A DNA stretch of 64,000 nt from Camelus ferus (taxonomy: Eukaryota), in NCBI RefSeq assembly GCF_009834535.1, contig NC_045713.1, positions 26,164,001 through 26,228,000 of the forward strand, read 5' to 3'. Under the pieces are notes generated by a model. It was not told where the DNA came from and searched no databases. It saw only the letters and a program-made list of their open reading frames with translations. Numbering within the stretch: the stretch's first letter is position 1; every line of letters begins with the position of its first letter. Made by a program: the position numbers and the translations under genes. Of the stretch, positions 12,794 to 25,990 are shown piece by piece.

Positions 12794-13832
12794 GAAAAGA
12801 AGGAAGAGGAAAGAAGGGAAAGAAGGAAAGAAGAGAACCATGCAAGACAGGGAGACACACACACACACACTGAGATGGCATCATTCATTTCATTTGATGT
12901 GTTAATTTGCTAGAGACCTACTGTATTTTCCCCACTGTGACCTAACATATTGTACTGTGTGGGTATTTAAAATAGTCACTATGCATGACTCTTAGGGAAG
13001 TCAGAAGATAATTTTAAATCTTTTGTAATGGCTTAACTTTCCCTCTGTGTGGCTCACATCATTTGATCATTATATAAGAAAACAAATTAAATTTTGTACT
13101 GCTTCTGCTAAGGTAGTGATATTACCAAATCTGTTTTACAAAAGGGCATTCGAATTCAGCTGTGGATTTTGGAGAATAAAGGAAAGAGAGAGAGAGGTAG
13201 GGAAAGAGGGGGAGAGGGAGGGACAAGAGATAAACCATGTCATCTGCAGGCATGACAAATTTCTTCTGGAAATACTCAGTCCAGAAATGCCTAAGTACAG
13301 ACCCATACCTTAAAAAAAATTTTTTTTTAATCTGACTGATTTCTCTCTGTCACGAATCTCTCAGCAAATCATCCACTCAATGCCATGTGCTTTCAGTTCT
13401 GTTTCTGTAATTTCTCAGATGCCACTGCCACTGTTCTCGCTCACACCTACATTTCCTTTAACCTGAGCTACTTAAATAGCCCCTTGGAAATTTCCCCAAA
13501 GACTTGTGCCAATCACCATTTTATTTTTAAAGAAGTAGTTTACGTCTTAAGAGAGCAGGCTATGGGGTTCACATTCTGGCTTTGCAAAAGAGGGCAACAG
13601 TAGTATCTATATTACAGGGTTCGTGTCAGGGTTAGGTAAGTTCATACATTTGAATGCTTAGCACCCTGCATGGTATATCATCAATACTAAACATGTGTTA
13701 GCTATTACTATGATTATTTTTCTGTTGTTTTCCCATCTCAAGCTCTTCAGCTGTGCCCCAAAGATTACTGAACAGTCTATAATTCAAATTCTAGCATGGC
13801 CCTTAGTTCCCATTATTTCCCTTTGAACAATC

Positions 13833-14466
13833 TTTATTTGTCTTCTGTTGTCATGTAACAAATTACCTCAAATGTAGCTACTTGAAACAAATTCCTTTAT
13901 GATGTCACAGTTCTGTAGGTCAGCAGTCCAGTGGGGCTCAGCTGGGTTCTCTGCTCAGGGTCTCACTAGGCCAGACCCAAAGTGTAGGCCAGGCTGGGCT
14001 CATAGCTGCAGGATCTGGGAAGAATCCACTTCCAGACTCATTTAGGTTGTTGGCAGAGCTGAGCTCCTGAAGGTTGTAGGACTGAAGTCCTTGTTTCCTT
14101 GCTGGCTATTGGCCAGAGACTAAACTCAGCTCCTAGTGGCCACCTGCATTCCTGGTCATGTGGCCCCCTCAATCCTCAAATCCAGCAGTCAGACAAATCC
14201 TGCTCATGCTCCAGTCCCTCTGACTTCCTCTTCTGCTCTTAGTTTCAGAAAACTCTCTACTTTTAAAAGCCTCGTGTGAGTCGGTTAGGTCCACCCCCAT
14301 AACACTCCTCTTGATTATTTCAAATCAATGAAAAAACTCCTTTTGCTACCTAACATAACAATCACAGAAGGCATATCTCATCATATTCACAGGTCACCCT
14401 CCAAGGAAAGAGGACTATAGAAGAGTGAGGGTCATTCAGGGTCATTCTTAGAATTCTGCCTGCCAT
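13833..14466 (-). mobile_element. MLT1 (D/E/F-like) solo LTR
   Basis: gtaacaaattacc...gaagaatccacttccagactcatttaggttgttggcagag...gttgtaggactgaagtcc...cttagaattctgcctgccata. Confidence 0.85.
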
Positions 14467-14489
14467 AAAATATTATGTTTCTAATACAC

Positions 14490-14872
14490 TGAACTCTTCC
14501 TCAAATGAGCCTTGAGCACTCTTGTCTCTGGACTTTGCTTTCAATGGTCCTTCTGCATGGAATGGCCTTCCTTCCCACACATGTCCAGAAGGTCTCATCT
14601 GAGACCTTGCTCAGATGAGAAGTTCGCTGTATAGATGCCCTTGATCCTTCTGCTGCACATAACACACTTCTTCTCTAAATACCATAGAGGTTTATCAGAA
14701 CATCTTCGGTGGCACATTTCACACTGTCTTGTAGTTATGAGCACCATCTTATGCCCTATGACACTCTAAGTATCTTGAAGGCTGGTCTGTGTCTTACTGC
14801 AGCCCTCAAAAATGGCTTGCACATAGTAGGTACTCAGGAAATATTGTTTGATAAAATAAATGTGTGAATAAA
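14490..14872 (+). mobile_element. L2 3' region
   Basis: tggactttgctttc...tggcttgcacatagtaggtactcaggaaatattgtttga. Confidence 0.7.
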
Positions 14873-15249
14873 TAAGGGTTATATACCCAAAATTCAACCA
14901 TCTCTATTTAAGGGGAACAGATTTAACTGGAAAAAAAAATCAATTCCTTAAAACTCAATATTTATTGAGGACACCCCAGGTGACAAGAACTGGACCATTT
15001 CCATAAATAACGTTTTATTGGCACTGTTACTGCCTCATTCAATAGAGATTACTCCAGGTGCAACAGGACTTCAATTTCCTCATTTCCTTTTCTCCTGCAC
15101 CCTTGCTCTTCAGCACTGCTGCAAAGCAGTGTAAGCCAAAGGAAGAAAGAGGCCCAAAGTCCAAGAAGCAGCAAGTCTTGATAACCAGGATGACCTAGAT
15201 TAAACCATCTTTCCAGGATAACAAAGAGTGAATCTATGTTCTAAAGCAC

Positions 15250-15422
15250 TAAGTAGTTCTACATCTTTAACGGGCATGAGACTCACTAGGGGGACTTATG
15301 AAAAAGCAGAATCAGAAATGACTATTCTGTGGGTCTGAGGTGGTGATAAAACCTTTACATCGTTCCCATGCTGACTCCACTATAGGTGGACCACAGGACC
15401 ACACTTGTATGATGACCACACT
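15250..15422 (+). mobile_element. MER5-family fragment
   Basis: cagaatcagaaat...ggtggaccacaggaccacacttgtatgatgaccacac resembles the MER5 right end. Confidence 0.5.
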
Positions 15423-16559
15423 AGGAGACGTTCCCTGTTTGGGGAAGTTTGTGGGGAAAAAAGGTCTTTCCATTCATTCTCATATCCATTCCACAAATAT
15501 TTACTGAGTCTTGGCTATGGTGCACCAGAGATATAATAGTAAAGGAAAAAGTGAAAGCCTGCAAACAAACAGTTTTCCTTCAGTGCTAGTCACAGCCAGA
15601 ATTCATGGCTTCATCAACCCCCTGCCACTGTCTTTCTAGGCAAAACAAGCACGTAGTAGAAGCCACGTGCCTCTACCCGCTTGTAGGATGTGTAAACACT
15701 GAACCTCAGTGTTAGCAATCCGCACAATTGTTCTATCCACTGTCACTTACTGGTGTCCTCTCAATTATAATTTTCCTCCATGATTTCTTTAACGTAATCA
15801 CTGGAGTATGTGTGTGCAGAAGCCAAGTACAAAGTTTGCATAAATACTTTCATACTTTATCTGGATGAATCTTTTGGCAGATAACTGGTATCACACACAC
15901 ATACAAACACAAACACAAACACAAGGAAACACGCACACTAGAATTCTTCTGCACATGAGTTCTTGAGACTCACTGAGCTATTCTAGGTCAAATGTGGTGG
16001 GGAAGTGATGGAGGGTTAGTTACAAACACAATGATTTAAAAGGGAGGGAGTTACAGCTCTGTAATTCTATTAAGTACAAATCACATCATGACATAATTGC
16101 ACCCCAGCACACACCATTGTTGCTGAAGGCCTCAACAGATCTGACAACACACTGACATGCCACAGCCACAACTGGGGGTCAATGTTAGCTTTTTCTAAGG
16201 TCTCCTTTTTCATTATCTGTTCTAGGAATTCTTCAACCGGCATCTACTCCATCATGCTCAAGACACAGGGATAGGGTGCAACCCCCTTCTTTAATGAGCC
16301 AAATTGGAAGGTGGAACTTCTGCAGAACAACAAAGACAGGGCATGCGAGATGTGATAAAAACTTAAAGCCCAGGTTCCAACTGGACTGGGTGTGGGTGGA
16401 ATCTGCTGTGTCCAGTGAGAAAAAGGAGGTGGATGTCACTCTAAGGATAGGAGGAACTCCCTTAATTTATTCTCAAAAGTATACCTTTCCCATGACCAGT
16501 CTATTCATTATGATGGAGTGATTAAGAACACATCTTTGGGGTCAGGCCTACCTCCATTC

Positions 16560-16760
16560 ACATCTTGCTTCCATCACATGCTAGCTTGGGGTCTGAAGCA
16601 GGTCCTTGACCTCTCTGAGCCTGAATTTCCATTTATGAGGCAAGGATGAGAATACCTACTGTAGATGAGTTGTTGAAATGGCTAAATATAATCGTGGTTG
16701 TAAAACTGTCCACATAGTTCTTGGTATAGAGTAGCTCTTAATAAATGGTGACCGAAAGTA
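16560..16760 (+). mobile_element. MIR
   Basis: ccttgacctctctgagcctgaatttcc...gagaatacctactgtagatgagttgttg. Confidence 0.65.
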
Positions 16761-16789
16761 AATATTACCAGCAGAGTGTATAGAGGCCC

Positions 16790-17370
16790 TACTATGCACT
16801 AGAAATCTACCTTGTGGTAGAGCCGAAGAAACACGTGGAAGGAACAGACCTTTCCCAGGTGCGGCTCACAGTCCAAGTGAAGATGAATGTGCAAGCAAAC
16901 AATTATAACACAAGCTGTTAACACTCTTAGGAGTTAGTACATAGGTCTGTACAAAGTGGAAAGGAACCCCACCCACTTCGGATTATCCAGATGTAGAATC
17001 AATAGAAGAAGGAAATGCTCAAAGAGAGAGGAATTGAGACAGAGAATGAGCAGTGACAAATGAATATGAGGGCTTGCAGGATATTGGGAGGATAAGAATG
17101 GAGCTTTCTGTGCGGGGACACAGGAGAATATCCATCTTTGGAAGAGGGAGATGGTGACTTTGGCTTTGGACAAGATGAAGCTGGAGGTCTACGGTATGTC
17201 CATGTAAGGGTGCTCTGGAGGCAAGTCTGGGGGTCAGGAGGTGTGGGCTGGAGAGGGGAAACTGGGAGTCATCACAGTGTGGATCTGGGAGTCATCACAG
17301 CCAAGGGCCCCAAGGAGAATGCAGACGGAGTGGTGAGAAGAAAGAGGGAAGCAGACACATCAGATAGATA
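16790..17370 (-). mobile_element. L2
   Basis: ctcacagtccaagtgaag, gatgaagctggagg, gggagtcatcacag reverse L2 motifs. Confidence 0.55.
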
Positions 17371-19229
17371 AAAATGGGACACTTCATTCAGGAAGACATA
17401 ATGATAGGTCCCCCTTCTGTCTACTAAAGGGGCATCTCTACCACCTTTAATTAGTGCTTCTCTAGAAAGTAAAAGGGTTGTTTTACTTTAATATTTATAG
17501 TTTTTGTCCTATTCTTGCTTGAAGTCAAAACTGCTTAAAATCTCTCTCCCTCCCTCTTCTTTCTCTCTTTCTTTCCAATATATGTGCCTTTTAAAACTAG
17601 TCAGTATGTATGTTATATGTGCATACAGACATTTATTTTCATTCTAAAGCTGGTATAACCCTGAAATGGTAAATAGAATTATTCCCAAAGCATCTTTTTC
17701 AAGTAGTTAATAAGAAAGTGATTGAATGTGGGGAAATCCAAATCTTACTCAAGGCCTAACTCCAACGTCTTCACCCTCAGAAGGACGTCCCACTGGAACA
17801 AGTCCAGTCCAGCCCTCTCTTACCCAGAGACGGCTCAGCTATGAACTACTTGAGGAGAGGGGTGGCTTCCTGCTCATCCTCGCACCCCCTGGTGCCAGAT
17901 GGAATCTGGCCATAGAGTTAGCCCACAGGGGGTATTGGTTGTTATTGGCCTGGGCTGCCAATTGGCTTATATCCAGGATATCCAGGGTATTGTTTTCAAG
18001 CATCTCTGGGGAGACTTGGACCCACTAAGCTCCAAGGCAGAGCAAAATCACTGAAAAAAAAAAAAAAAAAAAAAGAAGAAGAAGAGGCAAAGGGCATAGA
18101 GGTCCCAATTTGCAAGAAGAAAGCCCGCTCAGCCCTGAGTTCTGTGTCTGCTGAACACAGGCAAGGCAGCGTAAACAAAGTTGGAATAATCCCCATCAGC
18201 CGCACACAAAGGCCCAGCAGAAAGCAAATGCCCCTCTCAGGGCTTGTCATGTTTTCCAAGACACCTTCATTACACGCTGCTGCTTCCAATGACGCCACTG
18301 GGTGACCTCAGAGATGAAAGAAATCGCCTCTGAGTCCCAGAAGAAGAGCTCCCTCCTCCGGCAGGCCTTCCCCTCTGCTGACCCGTTGTACCAGTGTGTG
18401 CTGCTGGGGGCGGCTTTAAGGACAACATGACTGGTATTTACCTGCTCCACTAGCTTCCTCTTTTCTTTGAGACAGAAGCACACGGAGTTATTTCTGAAGC
18501 GCCGGATCCCCTGAGCGCCAAGAGAATAGACCAACTACAGGAAGCATTTGTACATTCTAAGCTCAGCTCGGCAGCAATTCCCTGAGCTGCCTTTTTGGGA
18601 AATCGCTGTATTTCAACAGGAACTTGAAGGAGGACAGACAAAATATTAAAAGGGCGTTTTTTGTATATGGAAATGAAATCTATCAAGGCCAGCCTTCTTT
18701 TATGCCATGTTATTGCCAGAGCTGCAGCAGCCTCCCAGTAAACGGGCTCCCTGGTGCATGAGCTAGGTCCAAAGGCAGCACGGAGAATTCACAGGTGTGA
18801 GGCAAGCCTGACCTGGGACTGGTTAAATCCAGCCGACCAGAATGATTTTACAGCTCCAGAAGTGATCCTCAGATTGTGTAACTCCAAAAGGTTGAAAAAT
18901 GACCCCAAAATGCAACAACAGAAGTTCTCTACTTCCTATTAGGGATAAGGAAAAACAAACAAACAAACAAACAAGTGCCTTTTGACTTGCATCTGCCAGA
19001 GTAAAGAGAAACCAGAATTTGAAGGATGAATAAAAGAAGGTGAGGATATAGGAAAGCATTACAGGAAAGAAAAATAAAAAGCGTGTTCAAAGCCCCAGAC
19101 GTATAAAAGAGCCAGCTCAGACATGGAGATGCGAGCCACTTAGGAAGGTGGGCTACAGTGTATACCAGAGGGACGAGAGCAGGTAACAACTGGGGACAGT
19201 GAACTTGAATCCAGTGCTTTCCTCAAGCA

Positions 19230-19420
19230 TCACAAAAGTACACAAGCCCCATCCCATTCCTCTCCATTCACACACTAGAATCTAAGTTCCATGAATACAG
19301 AAATTGGTGGGATTTTTTTTTTTTTTTTGGTCTCTCTCGTTCACTGATAGATTCCAAGCATCAAGAGTAGTGCCTAGCACACAGGAGGCACTGAATAAAC
19401 ATTTGTGGAATGAATGAATA
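19230..19420 (+). mobile_element. L2 3' end
   Basis: ctagaatctaagttccatgaa...agtgcctagcacacaggaggcactgaataaacatttgtggaatgaatgaat. Confidence 0.8.
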
Positions 19421-19609
19421 ACCCAAGATGTCACTCAGAGCTTGGGTGTACCACCTAAAGGAAAAATTGAGTAAGTGCTCAAAAAACAACGGCTATTGTT
19501 GTTACAACTAGTATTCATGTCAGGGAGTTAAGTATGGAAACTCAGTAAACATTGGTAGTTAATTGTGCAGGGTATCTCAGTTTGAACAGTTCCAAAATAT
19601 TTCTGTAAT

Positions 19610-22075
19610 TAAGGTGCAATGGCATGCAATATAACAAACAAATCCTGTGTGATAGTTTGATGCATTTTGACCAATATTCAAGACAGGGAACATTGCCAAG
19701 AGTCTAGAAAGTTCCCTGTTCCCCTTTCTTATTAATTTGCCCTCCTACACAAAAGCAACCATCATTCTGATATCTAACCCCATCATCTCGTTTTACCTCT
19801 TCTTGAACTTCACATAAATGGAATCATACAATATATCTTCTGTGTCTGGCTTCTTCTGTTCAACATATTTTTGCAATTCATCCACACTGTTGGGGGTATT
19901 ATTAATGCATAACTTATTAACAAGTAGCAATCCATTTTATGAATATACCATAATGTATGTATTCATGTCCTTGTTGGTGAACCTTTGAGTTCTTTCTGAT
20001 GTTTTTCTATTTTACATAAATTTGCAACAAACATTCTTATACAAATATTACCTTCTGGTATATGTTTACATTTCTTTGCAGTAAATACCTAGCAGTGGAA
20101 TCACTGGATCATAGTGTTGGTGATCATAAGGTTTAGCTCTGTAAGAAACCGCCGAACAGTTTTACACAGTGGCTGGAATTTTACTCCCATCAGCAATACA
20201 TAAGAAATTCCATTGCTCCATGTCCTTGTCAACACTTGGTATTGTCGGCCCTTTTCATTTTGGCCATTCAGAGAGTACAATGTGGTATCTCATTGTGGTT
20301 TTAACTTGCATATCTCTTATGATCATTGATGTTAAGCATGTTTCCATGTACTTATTGGCCATTTGAGTAAAATTTTTTTGTGAAATTTCTAAGTCAACTT
20401 CCTGTTTTAAGTGTGTGTTATTTTTCTTTTTACTATTGACTTATATGAGTTCTTTATATATTCTGGATATGAGTGCTTTGATTGAGATATATTTTTTCAA
20501 ATATGTTTTTCTGAATTTGTGGCTTGCCTTTTTCATTTTCTAACAGTGTCCATACATAGGCAAAAGTTTTCAATTTTGATGGAGTCCAGTTTATTGCTTT
20601 TACTGTATGATTTCTCAAATCTCAAAAATATCCTATATTTTCTTATAGAAGCTTTATAGTTTTAGCTTTTTCATTTAACTCTGAAATTTATTTTATTTTT
20701 TGTGTATAGTGTGAGCTATAGGTCAAGGGTTTTTTTTTTTTCTGTAAGGATATACAGTTGATCTATGCCATTTATTAAAAAGGTTTTCTTTTCTCCCATG
20801 ATTATAATTATTCATTAAAAATCATTTGAATATATATATTTTGAACCTATTTTCATTATTTCATTATTATCTAAGATATTAATTATAGGGTTTTCATAGA
20901 TTGCCTTTATCAGATTGAGAAATTGCCCTTGTTTATCAAAAATGGATATCGGATTTTGTCAAATGCTCTTTCTGCATCTATTGAGATGCCCATATAATGT
21001 TCTCCTTATTATGTCAATATGGTAAATAATACTGATTTATTTTTTCAATGCTAAACCAAACTTGCATTCCTAGAATAAAATCCACAATGTACTATCCTTT
21101 TCCAGTATATTGTTGGATTATGATTACTAATCTGTTGGAAAATCTCTGTGTAGATTGGTATTATTTCTCTTTTAAATGTTTGATAGAATTCACAGTGAAG
21201 TTTTTCTTGTTCTTTAAGCAGGAAGGTTTTTACTTATGAATTCAGCTTCTCAGCAAATTTAGAGCTATTCAGATTGTCTATTCCTTTTTCTGTCAGTTTG
21301 GGAAAACTGTGCTTCTTCAAGAAATTTTCCCATTTTATCTACATCATCAAATTTGTTGGCAAAAATGTTTCATCATTTTTAAAATCATTTTAATGTCTGT
21401 AGAATCTGGGATGTCTATGGTGAGACTCCCTCCTACATTTGAGGATTGATTACTAGCATTTGTGTTTTCTTTCTTTTGTGTGATCAGCCTTGCTAAGAAC
21501 TGGGAATTTTATTACTCTTTTCAAAGAACTAGCTTTTTTAGCTTTGTCAATTTTCTCTATATTTTGTGTTCTACTTTGTTAAGTTTTACTCTTATAATTG
21601 TCTTCCTTCTACTTCATTTGGGTTTACTTTGTTCTAATTTTTTTCTAGCTTCTTAATGTAGAAGCTTATACCACTGACTTTACACTTTCCTTTTTTAAAA
21701 AAATCATAAGCATTTAAAGGTATGGCTTTCCCTCTCAGCACATCACCAACTTTATTCTTCAAATTTTGAAATGTTGTGTTTTCATCGTCATTCCATTCAA
21801 AGTATTTCCTAATGTGTTTCTGATTTCCCCTTTGACCTACAGGTTATTTAGAAGCATGTTAGCTAATTTCCAAACATCTGAAGATTTTCTATATATATTC
21901 TTGTCATTAATGTTTATTTTAATGCTGCTATGGTCAATGAATGCTTTGTGCATATTTTAATCCTTTTAAATATACTGAGACTTGTCTTACGCTCCAGAAT
22001 ATAGCCTACTTTGGTGAATTTCTCATGTGCACTTGAAGGCATGTGTATTGTGGGGCTGTTGGATGTTGCGTGCAA
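19610..22075 (-). mobile_element. Ancient L1M (L1MC/ME-like) 3' UTR and degraded ORF2 fragments
   Basis: T-rich strand with typical reverse L1 motifs (aaatggaatcatacaata, ttcatccacactgttg, gtggtatctcattgtggttttaacttgcat, tctgcatctattgagatg); no long ORF. Confidence 0.8.
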
Positions 22076-23007
22076 AACCTCTGAGGTTTCCTCTTCACCA
22101 TCCCCTTCTAGGAATCTGTCCTTGACCCCCTGCCCCAAAGCCAGTGTTCCTGTTTGCACAGTGTTTTCTTCTGATCCGAGCTAATTACAATATGACTCCC
22201 ACACTATATCCTGTCTCTCCCTACCCCTAGGTCTCTCAGGCCTCCATCTGACGTGCAAAGTGAAGATAAATCTCAAGCTGCAGAAGTGGTTTAGAGACCA
22301 TGCATTGCTTGTCAAAAAGGATAAGGTAACAATGGAGTCTTCCTTTTCCTTTTCAGTCTCTTTTATTCCACTCTCTATGTGATTTGTGACGACTAATTTG
22401 AGAATTATATTACTGGGGAGGAGAGAGTGCCACTGGGACAGACACGGCCATTGTATGCATGGGATCGTCTACAAATTCCCTGTGAAATCTCCTCTCTGAC
22501 TCAGGACACGGCTTGTGTGGTATGTGAGATGAGATTTTCCTGCACACCGATTTTTTATAATTTTTTAATAGTTAATATATACATACTAGAAGATGTGCTT
22601 TATGAGAAATATAACCTCCCTCTCCAACCTATGATTTGAAGAAGTGATACATCTAAGTTTTGGAAATGAATGGATTCAAAGCAAAAGACTAAGTAAATGA
22701 AAATACAGGGGTTTCATTTCTATGGAAAACGTGTGAAATGGTCCATAATTATGACGTTTAGGTAGACTGGTGTGATTGTTCCCATATAGTCAATACTTGC
22801 CACTGCAGTGTTGTGAACCAAACGTCACTGTCTTTAAATTATCTTCACTGTCTTTCACGAAGGCTCCTGACTCAGATTTGAGAACCCAGCACAGATAACA
22901 GCACACAATTACTGCAATTCACCCAGAGAAAACATCCCAACTGCACCTTATAATGTTTGTCTGCCTTGTTCCAAGAAGGGTCACGAGATGGAATCTGACA
23001 AGTGCTA

Positions 23008-23301
<294 letters not shown>

Positions 23302-23654
23302 TCAGTGAAAGGCTGAGAAAGTGTCAGCTTGCAATGTAATCACTCATCACAAGCAGCCCCTGCCTGTAGAAGTATCGGTACACAGGCAGGCACTGCCAAT
23401 TTGCCAGGCACTCTTTTCCATCAGCCTGCGCTACTCACTCTCAGAATCCCCCCATCCTGTATAGGCATTAGTAACTGATTGTAATTAGCATATGGGATGG
23501 AACTTTTTTGTCCTGCCAGACTACAGACTTTTATTCAAATGATCTTCTTGCAGGAGGATCTGAAAGCATGTTCTGTCATGTTTTAACAAACTTCCCTGAA
23601 AGGCAACTGCTTGCTCATAAACCACATGGTATACAACATCAAAGAAATAATATC

Positions 23655-24420
23655 CCATTCATTCATTATTCATTCACCTACTATTTATTAAATATTTGCT
23701 ACATGCCAGGACTCAGCTAGTCAGTTGGGGATAAATAAGGACACAGACATGATCCCTGCCCTCCTGAAGCTTATCGTCTAAGAGAGAGGACAGTCTTAGT
23801 TTGTTAATCACAGATGTAGGACAAGTGCTGCAACAGAGAGGGGTTGTGCTATGTGAAAGTGAGGCAGGGGCTGGGTAAGGCTTCTATAAGGAAGTGTACC
23901 TTGACCTGAAAGATCAGTCAGCACTGAACTAGACAAGAGAAGATATAAGCACATTCCAGGCAAAGGGGACAGCATGTGCAAAGGCCCTGTGGCAGTACTT
24001 ATGAAGGACTGAATAAATGCAAACCAGTGAGGCCAAAGCAGAGAGAGACAGCAGAATGTGGGACGTGGTGTGGCTGAGAAGGTGATTAGGGGCAGACAGC
24101 GCTTTTCAGGCCATGGTAAGGAGTTTTATCTTTGTTTTAAAACAGTCTGAAGACACTGAAGGTTTTAGTTAAGGAGGTAATATAATTAGACTTTTCTTGT
24201 ATAATATGACTTGACGATTGTGTAGAGAATAGGTTTTGGGGGAAATCAGAGTGGATATGGGGGGCTGATTAGAGTGCTCTTATTATTCAGGTGAGAGATG
24301 ATGTTGGCTTTGACTGCTGTGGCCAAAAAGTGGAGAAGGAAGAGTAGGAGCAGCAACTCATAGGGCCAAGTGGATAAATATTTAGCAGGTATTTAGTGAC
24401 AGGTTAGATGTCAGGGTTGG
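23655..24420 (-). mobile_element. L2
   Basis: attcattcattattcattcacctactatttatt...catgatccctgccctcctgaagctta...cagcatgtgcaaaggccctgtggcag...gccatggtaaggagtttt. Confidence 0.85.
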
Positions 24421-25369
24421 GGGGAGAGAGGCATCCAGGACCACTCCTCAGTGTCTGCCTTACACAACATCTGTGCAGTCAACTTGTGCATGAAGTTATC
24501 TTCATCACAAGTGACATCTGTCTGTCTTACAATACTCTTATCTCCATCACCCCTCAAAACCACTTGCCTGTAGTCAGGCTTGGCTCAAATGTGGAGGCAA
24601 GACAGGGCTCACCTCCGAGGATTTGAGAGAGAGGGTTCCCATGGTCCAGGGTTCCTTGCGGCTTGAGAAAAATGTGATGTTATTAAAGATGCCTAAGAAA
24701 ACACACCCCTTAGCAGACAATTAATAAATATATATGGTGGTTAGAAGCACTCAAAAACTTCCCTAGAACGATCAGGGTATCTCAAAGCCACTGCATTTAC
24801 TTGCTTCCTATTCCTTTAAAGACCAAAAATGGCTAAAGAAGTAAAATATTAAAGAGGAGAACTAGACCTCAAAAATGATTCCAAAAAGAGACATTAGCCT
24901 GACTGGTCACACGTCTGCCTCTGGGCAGTCACAGTGCAGAGGACCTGGCTGTGGTGTGTCGGGGGAGAATTAGGTTTCCAAGGACAAGATTAAGGAACTG
25001 GGGAAAAGGCAAAGCACAGTATGGTGTATCCTTTCAGAGGACTATTTGAGTCCTTAAAAATCATGTTTTTGAAGACAAGTTTAATGGCATGGAGGTAACA
25101 CTCATTATTTAATGTTAAACAAGCAGAAAACAGGATAAAAATAGGGGTTGTCAATGCATGGAAGGATTCCAGGTACTTTTCATTTTCTTTTCTGTATCTT
25201 TGTATTCTCCAAATTTTCTGCAAATACTTTGTATTTCTAACAAAGATGCTGTTTGTTTAAAAACAGAAAAATCAACACTGCTAATCTAGAAGAGGCAAAG
25301 AGTAACCACTACTGTATCTGGGGCGTCTGAGGCATCTCTGATCATTTCCTAGGCAGATAATTTACCGAT

Positions 25370-25990
25370 TCAACAACGATTTACTGAATGTCTGTTAGAT
25401 GTCAGGCCTTATGGTGAGTCTTATAAACATAGAAGAAAAAAAAAAAAAACATGGTGCCTGTCCCCCCACTTACATTCTTACATTCTTACAATTCAGTGAC
25501 ATAGACACATGAACAATGACAGCACCTAGAAAGCCACTTGTGCCCTGACGCACAGTAAGTGGGAGAAATCATGAGAAGGTAGAGGAATAGCCCCCAATTC
25601 AACCTATGTAATTTAGAGTGCTTCCTGGGGAATCTTCAGGAGTGAAAGGGTTCAGGAGAGGTGGAGAAGAGCATTCTGAGCACAGGAGTCATCTTAAATA
25701 AAGAAGAGTCAGCAAAGGAAGTGATACATGCTAGGGGAAGTAGGAGATAGCTCAGTACGGCTGATGGGCAGCGGGCTTTGTCTGGAGAAGATCCCTGAAG
25801 CCAGATCATAAGGGACCTAAAGTGCCTGCATTTTGTTCAGAAGGCCACGAGGATCATGTTTTAAGCAGGGAAGTGATACACTGCATGGAGGAAACTGCAA
25901 AGCTTCGGGCATAGGCCCATGAAACATCACAATGGAACACTGTCCAGGGAATTCCAAGACAAAAATTGCAGACAAAGGCCACCAGTGGAC
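25370..25990 (-). mobile_element. L2
   Basis: tttactgaatgtctgttagatgtcaggc...ggccacgaggatcatgttttaagcagggaagtgata. Confidence 0.7.

Noticed and set aside
17882-17895. CTCF-like motif gcaccagggggtgc (minus strand)
   Set aside because: 12/14 match, but the strongly conserved C of the GGC core is T; not supportable without ChIP data.
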